DNA from: Deinococcales bacterium
GTDB lineage: Bacteria > Deinococcota > Deinococci > Deinococcales > JAAFIG01
Direction: 5' to 3'
Assembly: GCA_013298595.1 (NCBI GenBank)
Contig: JAAFIG010000022.1
Coordinates: 7,192 to 71,191 of the forward strand
DNA length: 64,000 nt
Under the pieces are notes generated by a model, which was given only the letters and a program-made list of their open reading frames with translations, searched no databases and was not told the DNA's origin. Made by a program: the position numbers and the translations under genes. The first letter of the stretch is position 1. Each line of letters opens with the position of its first letter. This document shows, piece after piece, positions 18,394-26,959 of this stretch.

Positions 18394-19236
18394 ATGAGTG
18401 CTGATGTTCTAGCAGCTTTGTGGGGTTTAGCGGCAGCTTTTGCGTGGGGTTCGGGCGATTTTGCGGGTGGGCTTGCCACACGGCGTTCAGGTGAATTAAC
18501 AGTCATGCGGGTCTCGAGTGTGATTGGACTGGTTTTCTTGGTGGCTTTGGCATTGATACGCGGTTCGCCTTTACCAAGCGTGCGTGATGCCTTGCTTGGG
18601 GTTGCAGGTGGAGCGTTTGGGGTGATTGGTTTAATTACTTTGTACCGTGCTTTAGCCACTGGGCAAATGAGTCTGGTTGCGCCGATCACAGCCGTGGTGG
18701 CAAATACTGTGGCTGTCACCGTCAGTGCATTGACCGAAGGCGTACCGGGAATGCTGAAATGGGTTGGGTTTATTTTGGCTGCTTTTGGTGTTTGGTTACT
18801 CAGTCGCCCCGAAGGTACAGTTCGACTCTCGAGTTCAGCACTGGTTTTATCGCTCATAGCTGGTGTAACTTTTGGTGGGATTTTTTCGGTAACAGCCCAA
18901 TTTTCAAAAGCTGATGTGAGTTGGAGTATTGTGGCACTGCGGTTCACCACAGTCATATTGATTTTTGCCATTATCGCTTTTCGGCGCGGTGTTCCAGCCT
19001 TACCAAAAGCTTTGCTACCGTATGTCGCTGTGGCAGGTATTTGCGATAGCCTAGGCAATGTTTTCTTTGCATTGGCAGGGCAAGCAGGAAGGCTTGATGT
19101 CAGTGCAGTCTCGAGTTCGTTATACCCTGCTTTTACACTTTTTCTAGCAGTGATTGTTTTGCGTGAACGCTTGCAAGGGTGGCAATTGTTTGGCGCAGCT
19201 TTGTGTTTAATCAGTATTGGTTTGATTGTTGTTTAG
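18394..19236 (+). CDS. EamA/DMT-family transporter
   Basis: It has about 10 TM helices with two EamA-like halves, including WGSGDFAGGLATRR. Confidence 0.8.
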   Translation: MSADVLAALWGLAAAFAWGSGDFAGGLATRRSGELTVMRVSSVIGLVFLVALALIRGSPLPSVRDALLGVAGGAFGVIGLITLYRALATGQMSLVAPITAVVANTVAVTVSALTEGVPGMLKWVGFILAAFGVWLLSRPEGTVRLSSSALVLSLIAGVTFGGIFSVTAQFSKADVSWSIVALRFTTVILIFAIIAFRRGVPALPKALLPYVAVAGICDSLGNVFFALAGQAGRLDVSAVSSSLYPAFTLFLAVIVLRERLQGWQLFGAALCLISIGLIVV

Positions 19237-19266
19237 TTTTTAAAAATAGGCTCGAGTTTTCTGACA

Positions 19267-19530
19267 TCAATGTTTTGCTACTGGGTAATTGATCCAATCG
19301 TGTTGGCAGTTTGGTAATGGGTCTGGAATGGTTGTCCAGTCGGTTGGTAAAACGGCGTATTCTGTCAGACAGATGTCTTGTAAGTCTTCGAGGTTTTCGT
19401 ACCAATGATCTGCATAACAAGCACTATCCTCGAGACGATCATAGAAAAATAAGTAGCAACCACCATCTGATTTGTAGACCATCAATCGTTTGATTTTCGC
19501 ATTGTTTTTGACTGTGGCAATTTGTCGCAT
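19267..19530 (-). CDS. Hypothetical small protein (87 aa)
   Basis: It is a clean ORF between two genes. I recognised no family. Confidence 0.45.
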   Translation of the reverse strand: MRQIATVKNNAKIKRLMVYKSDGGCYLFFYDRLEDSACYADHWYENLEDLQDICLTEYAVLPTDWTTIPDPLPNCQHDWINYPVAKH

Positions 19531-19617
19531 TTATCTACTTTAGCAGCTCTATTACTCAAGAAAACCGACTGGTGTTGAGTTTTTCTGTTCGCAACCAATG
19601 TCACAAGTATTGACAAA

Positions 19618-19637
19618 TTGTTGTATATATGCAACAA
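19618..19637. promoter_or_regulatory. Near-perfect 20-bp palindrome TTGTTGTATATATGCAACAA upstream of the XRE gene (candidate auto-operator)
   Basis: It lies between a TTGACA hexamer (19610..19615) and the ATG at 19646. Confidence 0.4.
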
Positions 19638-19645
19638 TAAATTTT

Positions 19646-19912
19646 ATGAAGGCAACAAAAGATAGTCCCTCTGCAATAGCCATTCATAATCGCTTACCTG
19701 TCCTACGAGCCGAACGCAACCTGTCACGCCAAGAACTCGCCGATGCTGTCGGCATCAACTTTCAAACCATTGGCTATCTCGAGCGCGGAGATTACAACCC
19801 AAGTTTAGAGTTGGCTTTTAAGTTATCAGAATTTTTTGGCTTACCCATCGAAGCGATTTTCTCGAGAACACCGTTTAAGCCCTTGTCAGAAACACTCTAT
19901 AACAAAGGATGA
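19646..19912 (+). CDS. XRE-family HTH transcriptional regulator (short, YozG-like)
   Basis: The sequence is LPVLRAERNLSRQELADAVGINFQTIGYLERGDYNPSLELAFKLSEFFGLPIEAIF. Confidence 0.85.
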   Translation: MKATKDSPSAIAIHNRLPVLRAERNLSRQELADAVGINFQTIGYLERGDYNPSLELAFKLSEFFGLPIEAIFSRTPFKPLSETLYNKG

Positions 19913-20379
19913 CCATGACAACTATGAAACAAGAACCGCTCAATTTTAAGCTCACTCGAGTCACACCGAAATGGGCATTTAAGCAGCAAGCTCGACGAAT
20001 TTTAGTGCTGACACTGGCAGCTTCACCAATTGCACTAGGCATTCTCCCAATCATCGTACCACAAACATTTGTTTACTTTTTTGCACCATTGTTACTGATT
20101 CCAATCCTATGCTTTGTGTGGTTAATCGGAGCAACTTACGCTCGAGCCGACAGCCCAGACGAATACTTGGATGAACGAGAAATCGTTGTTCGTAACGAGG
20201 TTTATCTCGATTCTTTTCGGATTATCGGTGCAATTATCGCTTTGGGTTTTATTGTCTTTACGATCTTCCCAGATACCCGTATAGATGCTAAAACAGTTTT
20301 TTATTTGCTCTTTCCAATCAGTATGTTCTTACCAACCTGCGTACTGGCATGGAAGCAACCCGACCCACTCGAGGAATAA
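19909..20379 (+). CDS. Membrane protein (4 TM), coupled to the XRE regulator
   Basis: Its start overlaps the XRE stop in an ATGA junction. It has hydrophobic spans and ends ...WKQPDPLEE. Confidence 0.6.
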   Translation: MTMTTMKQEPLNFKLTRVTPKWAFKQQARRILVLTLAASPIALGILPIIVPQTFVYFFAPLLLIPILCFVWLIGATYARADSPDEYLDEREIVVRNEVYLDSFRIIGAIIALGFIVFTIFPDTRIDAKTVFYLLFPISMFLPTCVLAWKQPDPLEE

Positions 20380-20380
20380 C

Positions 20381-20863
20381 ATGACACAGCCTGTAAAAAA
20401 TCCGTTTCCAACGCCAATCCGTCCACTTCGTAGCCGTCAAAACCGACGTATTCTCGTCGTGCTGAGCAATTTCTTTCTGGTTGTTGCAATTGGCTTAGCA
20501 TTCTCGAGTTTAGGTCTATGGGCATTGGTTGCTTTTATCATCAGTGCTATTCTTGGCATCGTACTTCAATTTGCTACCCGTAACTTATCCAATTCCGTGA
20601 ACCTCATCACTGATGAACGCGAACGTTACCTACGCGATCATGCACACCGCATTGCTTATTGGGCTTTCTCGGGAATCGTTGGCGCTATCGTTGGATTTGC
20701 ATTTTCCTACATCACCAGACGCAACCCAGATGAAGCCATATTATTTGTCCGTGACATGATGCGCCTCGAGACACAAGTGATATTACTGGCATTCTTTGCG
20801 ATTTTTCTGGGCTTACCAACCACGATTATTGCTTGGCTCGAGCCAGATGCGTTAGAAGACTAA
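20381..20863 (+). CDS. Membrane protein (4 TM), distant paralog of 19909..20379
   Basis: The start is 2 nt after the previous stop. It has the same architecture and the same type of C-terminal tail (...WLEPDALED). Confidence 0.6.
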   Translation: MTQPVKNPFPTPIRPLRSRQNRRILVVLSNFFLVVAIGLAFSSLGLWALVAFIISAILGIVLQFATRNLSNSVNLITDERERYLRDHAHRIAYWAFSGIVGAIVGFAFSYITRRNPDEAILFVRDMMRLETQVILLAFFAIFLGLPTTIIAWLEPDALED

Positions 20864-20952
20864 AACTTCACATTGCGACCAATTGTTGATTTAAAACGTA
20901 CTAGAACCTCGAGGTGTACTCGAGATTGGTTAAGTGTTTTCAAAGGAGTTGT
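20861..20952 (+). promoter_or_regulatory. Conserved leader, copy 1 (duplicated at 22545..22637)
   Basis: The sequence is taaaacttcacattgcgaccaat...cgtactagaacctcgaggtgtactcgagattgg..aagtgttttcaaaggagttgtATG. The flanks are nearly identical to copy 2. Confidence 0.6.
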
Positions 20953-22365
20953 ATGAAAAAAGTTATTGGGTTGGTTATTGGAGCGGCTTTGATAATATGT
21001 ATGCCAAATGCTGCGGGGCAAATGAATTCGGCTTTTGAAAAAGTGGCTTGCCCAGCAGAAATAGTGGCTACCATGTGCGGCTTTGTCAGTGTGCCAGAAA
21101 ACCGAGCAAAACCCGAAAAGAAAATTAAGCTTTTTGTGACCGTCTCTAAAGCCAAATCTGAAAAGCAAGAACCCCTATTTTTCTTATCTGGTGGACCTGG
21201 TGAGTTTGGCGCTCAGTACGCTGCTCTTGCACCCATTTTCCCCTCTCGAGATCTGGTTGCGTTCGATCAACGCGGTATTGGTCAATCATTACCTGCACTG
21301 AATTGTGTTGATGAAACAAACAGCAGTGACCTTGATACTTCAGACGCTTTGAAGTTATACACTGCGTGTGGTGAACGTTGGAAAAGCCAAGGCATTGATT
21401 TAACTGCTTATAACGCGACTGAAAGCGCAGCCGATGTCAACGATATTCGTCTGGCACTGGGTTATGAGAAAATCAGTTTATACGGCATTTCTTATGGTAC
21501 TCGGTTAGCCCAAGAAGTGATGCGAACCTTTAGTCCAGTTTTAAAAAGCGTTGTTATTGATAGTGTTATTCCACCACAAATTGATCGCAGTGCCGACACA
21601 ATGTATAGCATTGATGAATCACTCAAAAAAGTATTTGCAACCTGCAAAGCCCAAACGAACTGCAACACCAAATACCCTAATCTCGAGGTGACGTACCAAG
21701 ATTTATACAACAGTTTGAATATTAAGCCTTTAGAAGTGGTGTTGGGTAAGCAAAAATTTCAATTAAATGGCGATGCCATGCAAGGCTTTATTTTTACAAG
21801 TTTATACAGCGCAGATGGCATTGCTGAATTACCACAAATTATCAGTAACCTCAAAGCAGGTAAAAGTACAGCTTTACAAGGTTCATTTATTGAACAATTT
21901 GTGGACAGCGTTAATTCAAGTATCTCGTTCGGTGCTTTTATAACGCACGAATGCCGAGGCGAAATTGCTTTCTCGAGCATCGAAAAACTCAGAATTACGT
22001 ATGCGGCTTTGCCACAATGGGCAAATTTCTTTAGAAACGCCGTTGGCATGGCAAGTGAAAATATTTTTGGTTTATGCCAGAACTTGGGTTTAACTGTTCC
22101 TAGTGGACTCGAGAATACAGCTGTAACCAGCAATGTACGAACTTTACTGATAGCTGGTGAATTTGATCCTGTCACACCTGTGCGTTACTTATCGGTTGCA
22201 CAAGCTGGCTTAAAAAATAGTGTTAGTATCGAAATGAAAGGTTCAGCGCATGCTGCTTCTTTAGCAAATTTGTGTGGTGTACAAATTATGTTAGCTTTCT
22301 TCACGAATCCTGATGCAACACCCGATTCGACTTGTGCTAGTCAGGGTCGTATTGCTTTCAAGTAA
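20953..22365 (+). CDS. Secreted alpha/beta hydrolase (proline iminopeptidase / tripeptidyl-peptidase-like)
   Basis: It has a signal peptide, an oxyanion region (FLSGGPGEFG) and the nucleophile elbow GISYGT. The C-terminal half is Cys-rich. Confidence 0.7.
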   Translation: MKKVIGLVIGAALIICMPNAAGQMNSAFEKVACPAEIVATMCGFVSVPENRAKPEKKIKLFVTVSKAKSEKQEPLFFLSGGPGEFGAQYAALAPIFPSRDLVAFDQRGIGQSLPALNCVDETNSSDLDTSDALKLYTACGERWKSQGIDLTAYNATESAADVNDIRLALGYEKISLYGISYGTRLAQEVMRTFSPVLKSVVIDSVIPPQIDRSADTMYSIDESLKKVFATCKAQTNCNTKYPNLEVTYQDLYNSLNIKPLEVVLGKQKFQLNGDAMQGFIFTSLYSADGIAELPQIISNLKAGKSTALQGSFIEQFVDSVNSSISFGAFITHECRGEIAFSSIEKLRITYAALPQWANFFRNAVGMASENIFGLCQNLGLTVPSGLENTAVTSNVRTLLIAGEFDPVTPVRYLSVAQAGLKNSVSIEMKGSAHAASLANLCGVQIMLAFFTNPDATPDSTCASQGRIAFK

Positions 22366-22544
22366 GATTATCCGTGACACATTCTTAGCTTTGATTTTCA
22401 CCTGCTACTCGAGCCAACCCGAATGAACCTGATTTATATTTCATAGGCATGGTGCGGCTCGAAATGCGAGTTTGATTACTTTCGGAGTTCACTATGGTTC
22501 TAGGTGAAACAAGCTCTATTATGACTTTGCTCGAGCTGGAAGAT

Positions 22545-22637
22545 TAAAACTTCACATTGCAACCAATGACTGGTTTGTATCGTACTAGAACCTCGGGGTG
22601 TACTCGAGATTGGCAAAGTGTTTTTCAAAGGAGTTGT
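22545..22637 (+). promoter_or_regulatory. Conserved leader, copy 2
   Basis: See copy 1. It also retains a relic of the upstream membrane-gene 3' end (ttgctcgagctggaagatTAA versus ttggctcgagccagatgcgttagaagacTAA). Confidence 0.6.
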
Positions 22638-23357
22638 ATGAAAAAAGTTTTATTAACAGGTTTTGCAGCAATCGCTCTCGGTTTGACTGGTTCAGTAGCT
22701 CAGGACGGCGCAATAGCCTTATTTGATAAAGTTAAAATATTGCATGGCGGCGCAGCACTCGAGGGTTTAACAACCTACCGTGACAATGGCACACTTTCGT
22801 TGTTTGATGAAAAAGGACAAGTTGTAGCGATTGTTGGCTATAAGCAATTACTGGATTTTAGTAATCAACGCATTCGTATCGAAATTTTGCAAGATAAAAA
22901 TTTGCTACAAGTTCAGCAAGCAACACCAACCGAAGCATGGTCTTGGTCGCAACAAAGTGGTGTAGTGCGTTTACCACCAGCCCAATCAAAAGTGTTACGC
23001 GATTCGTTGTTTCAAGAATTGTATGGATTTCGGGCAAAAGCTGCTGATATCAAAGACTTAAAAGTGGTGAAAACTGTCAAGATAGGAACTGTTGAAGGGA
23101 CACAACTCGGTTTTTCCTTGAATGGTGCGATCAATAATCCTGTTGTGGCAGCTGATGGTACTTTGTTAGCTTCAATCAGTGGATCAGGTGATGCAGAAAC
23201 AACCAATGTCTACGCGGATTTCCGTGATGTCAAAGGTGTGCGTTTTCCTTGGAAAATGGCTTTACAAGTGGCTGGTAAAGCCGCTGCCGAATCAAAAGCC
23301 GAAGTTGTAGAACCCAATGTGGTTTTTAGCGAAACCGATTTTGCACGTCCTAAGTGA
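22638..23357 (+). CDS. Secreted hypothetical protein
   Basis: It has a signal peptide (MKKVLLTGFAAIALGLTGSVAQ). I recognised no family. The ATG is preceded by AAGGAG. Confidence 0.55.
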   Translation: MKKVLLTGFAAIALGLTGSVAQDGAIALFDKVKILHGGAALEGLTTYRDNGTLSLFDEKGQVVAIVGYKQLLDFSNQRIRIEILQDKNLLQVQQATPTEAWSWSQQSGVVRLPPAQSKVLRDSLFQELYGFRAKAADIKDLKVVKTVKIGTVEGTQLGFSLNGAINNPVVAADGTLLASISGSGDAETTNVYADFRDVKGVRFPWKMALQVAGKAAAESKAEVVEPNVVFSETDFARPK

Positions 23358-23363
23358 GTATCT

Positions 23364-24596
23364 ATGAAAAAAATCTTGATTACCGCATTTACTTTGTTGT
23401 TTGGCTCGAGTGTTTTAGCCAGTCCTGCCCAAGATATTTTTGATGAAGTTTCCTATTACTTGGTGATCAATTACGGTGGGGCTTCCAGTGCTGATGTACG
23501 CGGCTTACCTGATAAGTACCAAGCACAACTCGAGGCTACTTGTGTTGGCATGGCAAATACTTGCCCAGCCGAAAAAGCCTACCCTGTTATTTATGCCATG
23601 CTGCAAGAATTAAATGATGAACACACAGGTTTTTATCCTAAATTAGCCACACAAATTCAGCAATTAATTTCTGGTAACTCGAGTCAAACCAGTGTTGGTA
23701 TTGGTTTAGCCATTCTCGAGAATCGGGTTTTTGTAAAAACCGTGGCAAATAATTCGGCTGCCGAGCAAGTAGGTATCAAACGAGGCGACCAGATAACACA
23801 TCTAAACTTTGCGGTTGTGCGCGAAAAAACGTTTAATCAGGCTTGGACTGCTATCAATAAGCAAGGTGGTTTTATTACGCTTACACGTCAAGGACAAGTT
23901 TATCGTGTTCAATTGCAACCCAGTAAACTCGAGGGCGAATTACCTTCTTTGCAAATCCGACCCGATGGCATTGCCATTATTCGTATCCCAGATTTCTTTG
24001 GTCGAGGTCAAGGCACCATTGCTAATCAAGTCCATGCTTTGCTGGCACAAGCCAAAAACCCTAAAGGTCTGATTCTCGAGTTGCGCGATAACCCAGGTGG
24101 TTTTGTCTCCGATTGCACAGGTATTGCTGGGGCGTTCCTCGAGAATGCCAGCAATCGTTTTGTGGCTCGCACCGCTTTTGGGAATGCCGAGTATTTGTAC
24201 CGCGATGCCAAGCTTTTTTTGCGTCGTGGCAATGTCGAAAGTACTGTTTTTAATGTGGCAACACCAAGCCAATACACTGGTAAAGTCGCGGTGTTACAAA
24301 ACGCAGGCAGCGCGTCGTGTTCCGAATTTCTTGCCAGCAACTTACAAGAAGCCAAACGTGCCAAAATCTTTGGCGAACTGAGCGCAGGTGTTTCTAATAC
24401 ATCCACAGGCTTTATTTTCTTATCTGAACAAAGTGTTTTACAAGTCAGTTTGAACACTCGAGTGGATAAAAATAATCAACGGTACGCCTCGAAAGTCACC
24501 CCAGACCAAATAGTTGCTGATAACCTCGAGCAAATCAACAGCACAGGTTTAGATGCTGTCTTGGAAAGCGCTGTGGCGTACTTAAACACACCATAA
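23364..24596 (+). CDS. Secreted S41-family peptidase with a PDZ domain (paralog of 7202..8419)
   Basis: It shares the mature N-terminus motif SPAQDIF, a PDZ segment (GIKRGDQITHLN), and the S41 blocks LELRDNPGGF and NAGSASCSEFLASNLQE. Confidence 0.8.
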   Translation: MKKILITAFTLLFGSSVLASPAQDIFDEVSYYLVINYGGASSADVRGLPDKYQAQLEATCVGMANTCPAEKAYPVIYAMLQELNDEHTGFYPKLATQIQQLISGNSSQTSVGIGLAILENRVFVKTVANNSAAEQVGIKRGDQITHLNFAVVREKTFNQAWTAINKQGGFITLTRQGQVYRVQLQPSKLEGELPSLQIRPDGIAIIRIPDFFGRGQGTIANQVHALLAQAKNPKGLILELRDNPGGFVSDCTGIAGAFLENASNRFVARTAFGNAEYLYRDAKLFLRRGNVESTVFNVATPSQYTGKVAVLQNAGSASCSEFLASNLQEAKRAKIFGELSAGVSNTSTGFIFLSEQSVLQVSLNTRVDKNNQRYASKVTPDQIVADNLEQINSTGLDAVLESAVAYLNTP

Positions 24597-24609
24597 AGTC
24601 GTACCGAGT

Positions 24610-24640
24610 AAAAGACGCAGCCTAGGCTGCGTCTTTTTTA
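24610..24640. terminator. Bidirectional rho-independent terminator
   Basis: The sequence aaaagacgcagcctaggctgcgtctttttta lies between convergent genes. Confidence 0.8.
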
Positions 24641-25075
24641 TCCAATACTCGAGATCGCCAGCGGTAAAACTGGCACAATTGCTTCAAGCGCAACTCGAGT
24701 GTCTTGGGCTGGCAAATTAATAACCAGCGTTTTGCCTTTCCAACCCACAATGCCTCGCCATAATGCAGCTCGTCGTGATTTTTGTACACCCGCTAAACGC
24801 ATTAACTCGGCAAGTCCGGGCAATTCGCGTTCAATAATTTCTCGAGTGATTTCTGGGACGCGTTCTTTGATGCCAATAAAACTACCACCAATCGTAATCA
24901 CCAATGGTAAATTCTTGGTTTCTACCAGCATTCGCAGCACCCGACGAATATTCGGATTATCGTCGGTTACATTCTCGAGAATGGCTTCTTTGTACGCATT
25001 GCTGGGGAGCAATTCATGAACTGCCGCTAAGCCTTCGGCTTGATTTTCGATGCACAACACTGCGTATTCGATCAT
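24638..25075 (-). CDS. MoaB/MogA-like molybdenum cofactor biosynthesis domain protein (divergent)
   Basis: The sequence LVITIGGSF...RVPEITREIIERELPGLAELMRLAGVQKSRRAALWRGIVGWKGKTLVINLPA parallels the MogA pattern TTGGTG..PG..E.MR......A.LSR..AG.....LI.NLPG. Confidence 0.6.
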   Translation of the reverse strand: MIEYAVLCIENQAEGLAAVHELLPSNAYKEAILENVTDDNPNIRRVLRMLVETKNLPLVITIGGSFIGIKERVPEITREIIERELPGLAELMRLAGVQKSRRAALWRGIVGWKGKTLVINLPAQDTRVALEAIVPVLPLAISSIG

Positions 25076-25206
25076 ACATACAGAATACTGCTTTTTGTAC
25101 TCGAGAGGCGAACCCCTGAATGTGGGAGGGAGTTACGGAGGAAGGATAAAGCTTTTGGTTTTTTGCTTTCTTCCTTCCTCTTTTTACGTTCCTCAATTTG
25201 TTCTCG

Positions 25207-26877
25207 TCAGTCTTCACTCGTTCCATCGTCTGCCATTTTGACAATTCTTGGGTCAAATCGTGCTACCACTTTGACCAAATCGGTTTGGGCGTTCATGACT
25301 GAATCAATGTTTTTATAAGCCAGTGGATTCTCGTCAATACCCGCCGATAAGAGGGTTACACCTGCTGCCTCGAGTTGCGGTTTAATCATTTTCCAATTGA
25401 ATTGCTCTTTGGCTTTGGTGCGGCTCATGGCTCGTCCCGCACCGTGGCTGGCACTATGTAAGCTGTTGGCGTTGCCCAGTCCTCGAACCACAAAACCTGG
25501 GGTTGCCATGCTGCCCGGAATCATGCCAAGGACTCCGTTGCCAGCTGGCGTTGCACCTTTGCGGTGCACGTAGACATCCTTGGGTGTGCCGTCTATGTTG
25601 TGTTGCTCGAGCCATGCAAAGTTATGATGGTTTTCTAAACCAAATAGCACACTGGCGCCAATGGCTTTGATCACTTTTTTGTGAATCAGTGCATGGTTAG
25701 CACTGGCATACTCGCCCATTAAGTTCATGGCTGCCCAGTACTCGAGTCCTGCTTCTGAGGTCATATCGAGCCAAGAAAGGTGCTTGAGTTCCTTAGGTAA
25801 TTCTGGGTGTAAACCCATGGCAAGGTTCGAGTAATGGTTTGCCACTTTCGCACCAGCGCCTCGTGAACCACTGTGCGATAACAAAGCTAGGTACTCGCCT
25901 GCTTCGAGTCCAAGGTCTGGTTTCTCGAGGGTGATAACGCCAAATTCAACAAAGTGATTACCACTGCCTGAGGTGCCAAGTTGCTCTCGAGCTTTACTGA
26001 ACACTTCTCGAGTGACTCGGGTGACATTCCAGTCCATATCGAGTACAGCATGCTCGAGTGGGCGTTGCCAAGTTGCTCCTGCACCGAATTTGGTTTCGGA
26101 TTCGATGGCTCGTTTTAATTCCTCGAGGTTACGGGTAAAGGCTTTAGAAACAGGGATATCCAGAATGGATAATTTCATTCGGCAAGCAATATCCACACCA
26201 ACAGCATACGGAATAATCGCACCTTCGGTGGCGAGTACCCCACCAATTGGTAAACCATAACCAAGGTGAGCATCGGGCATCAGTGCGCCACGAACAGCCA
26301 CAGGTAAACGCGCCGCATGACGCATTTGCTCGAGTGCCCCATTTTCGATTCCTTCGCCCCAAACTTGGTATGGCACTGGTTCATCTCGAGCCACAATCGG
26401 TTTTGGTTTGGTGAGTTCTGGAATTAAATCTGCAAAATGCCCGCTGTAATCGAGCGGATTAGCCATCAGCACTTTTAGATCGCGCAGCATTTCGCGCTTA
26501 TCAGGGTGCGATTTTAAGAGTTGCGCGGTTAAAGCAAGGGCGCTTTGTGGAATGCCAAGGGCTAATAATTCTTTTGCTTTCATGATTGGTTTTTCCTTGT
26601 GTTGTGTTCGGATTGGTTCAGCGGCAATTGCTCCTGGAGTTGCTCCTGCTTCGCCTGAATGGGTTAAGTCATCAAACTTTGTGCGTCTATCCCAACGTAT
26701 ACCGCGATCATCACGAATGTACTGTACTCGATGCCACGGAATTTCGCTTTGTCCAAAAGATTCAAGACTGGTTTCTTGTAAACCATCGAATCTTGAGTCG
26801 AAACCAACGCTGAAATCCGAGATTTCAAAACGTGGATCATGACTGATTTGTTTGTAAATGCTTTTTGCGGGGGTCAT
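25207..26877 (-). CDS. rtcB: RtcB RNA ligase fused to an N-terminal MJ1316/DUF504-like domain
   Basis: The RtcB core has ALMPDAHLGYGLPIGGV, GVDIACRM, GSGNHF and HSGSRG, plus the HHNFAW histidine region. The N-terminal ~100 aa reads IYKQISHDPRFEISDFSVGFDSRFDGLQETSLESFGQSEIPWHRVQYIRDDRGIRWDRR, which is the DUF504 pattern. The start is at ATG 26877, after AAGAGGA. An in-frame ATG at 26583 also has an AAGGA. Confidence 0.85.
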   Translation of the reverse strand: MTPAKSIYKQISHDPRFEISDFSVGFDSRFDGLQETSLESFGQSEIPWHRVQYIRDDRGIRWDRRTKFDDLTHSGEAGATPGAIAAEPIRTQHKEKPIMKAKELLALGIPQSALALTAQLLKSHPDKREMLRDLKVLMANPLDYSGHFADLIPELTKPKPIVARDEPVPYQVWGEGIENGALEQMRHAARLPVAVRGALMPDAHLGYGLPIGGVLATEGAIIPYAVGVDIACRMKLSILDIPVSKAFTRNLEELKRAIESETKFGAGATWQRPLEHAVLDMDWNVTRVTREVFSKAREQLGTSGSGNHFVEFGVITLEKPDLGLEAGEYLALLSHSGSRGAGAKVANHYSNLAMGLHPELPKELKHLSWLDMTSEAGLEYWAAMNLMGEYASANHALIHKKVIKAIGASVLFGLENHHNFAWLEQHNIDGTPKDVYVHRKGATPAGNGVLGMIPGSMATPGFVVRGLGNANSLHSASHGAGRAMSRTKAKEQFNWKMIKPQLEAAGVTLLSAGIDENPLAYKNIDSVMNAQTDLVKVVARFDPRIVKMADDGTSED

Positions 26878-26959
26878 AAAAAATCCTCTTGCCACTATTG
26901 TGCAATAAAGATTTTTTGAATGCGCCTTTGTAATAGCGTAAGCAAGATGAGCTACTGGC

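Noticed and set aside
18255-19058. 267-aa minus-strand ORF.
   Set aside because: It is fully antisense to the EamA transporter gene. Its Ala/Pro/Thr/Lys-rich composition has no motifs, so it is a shadow ORF.
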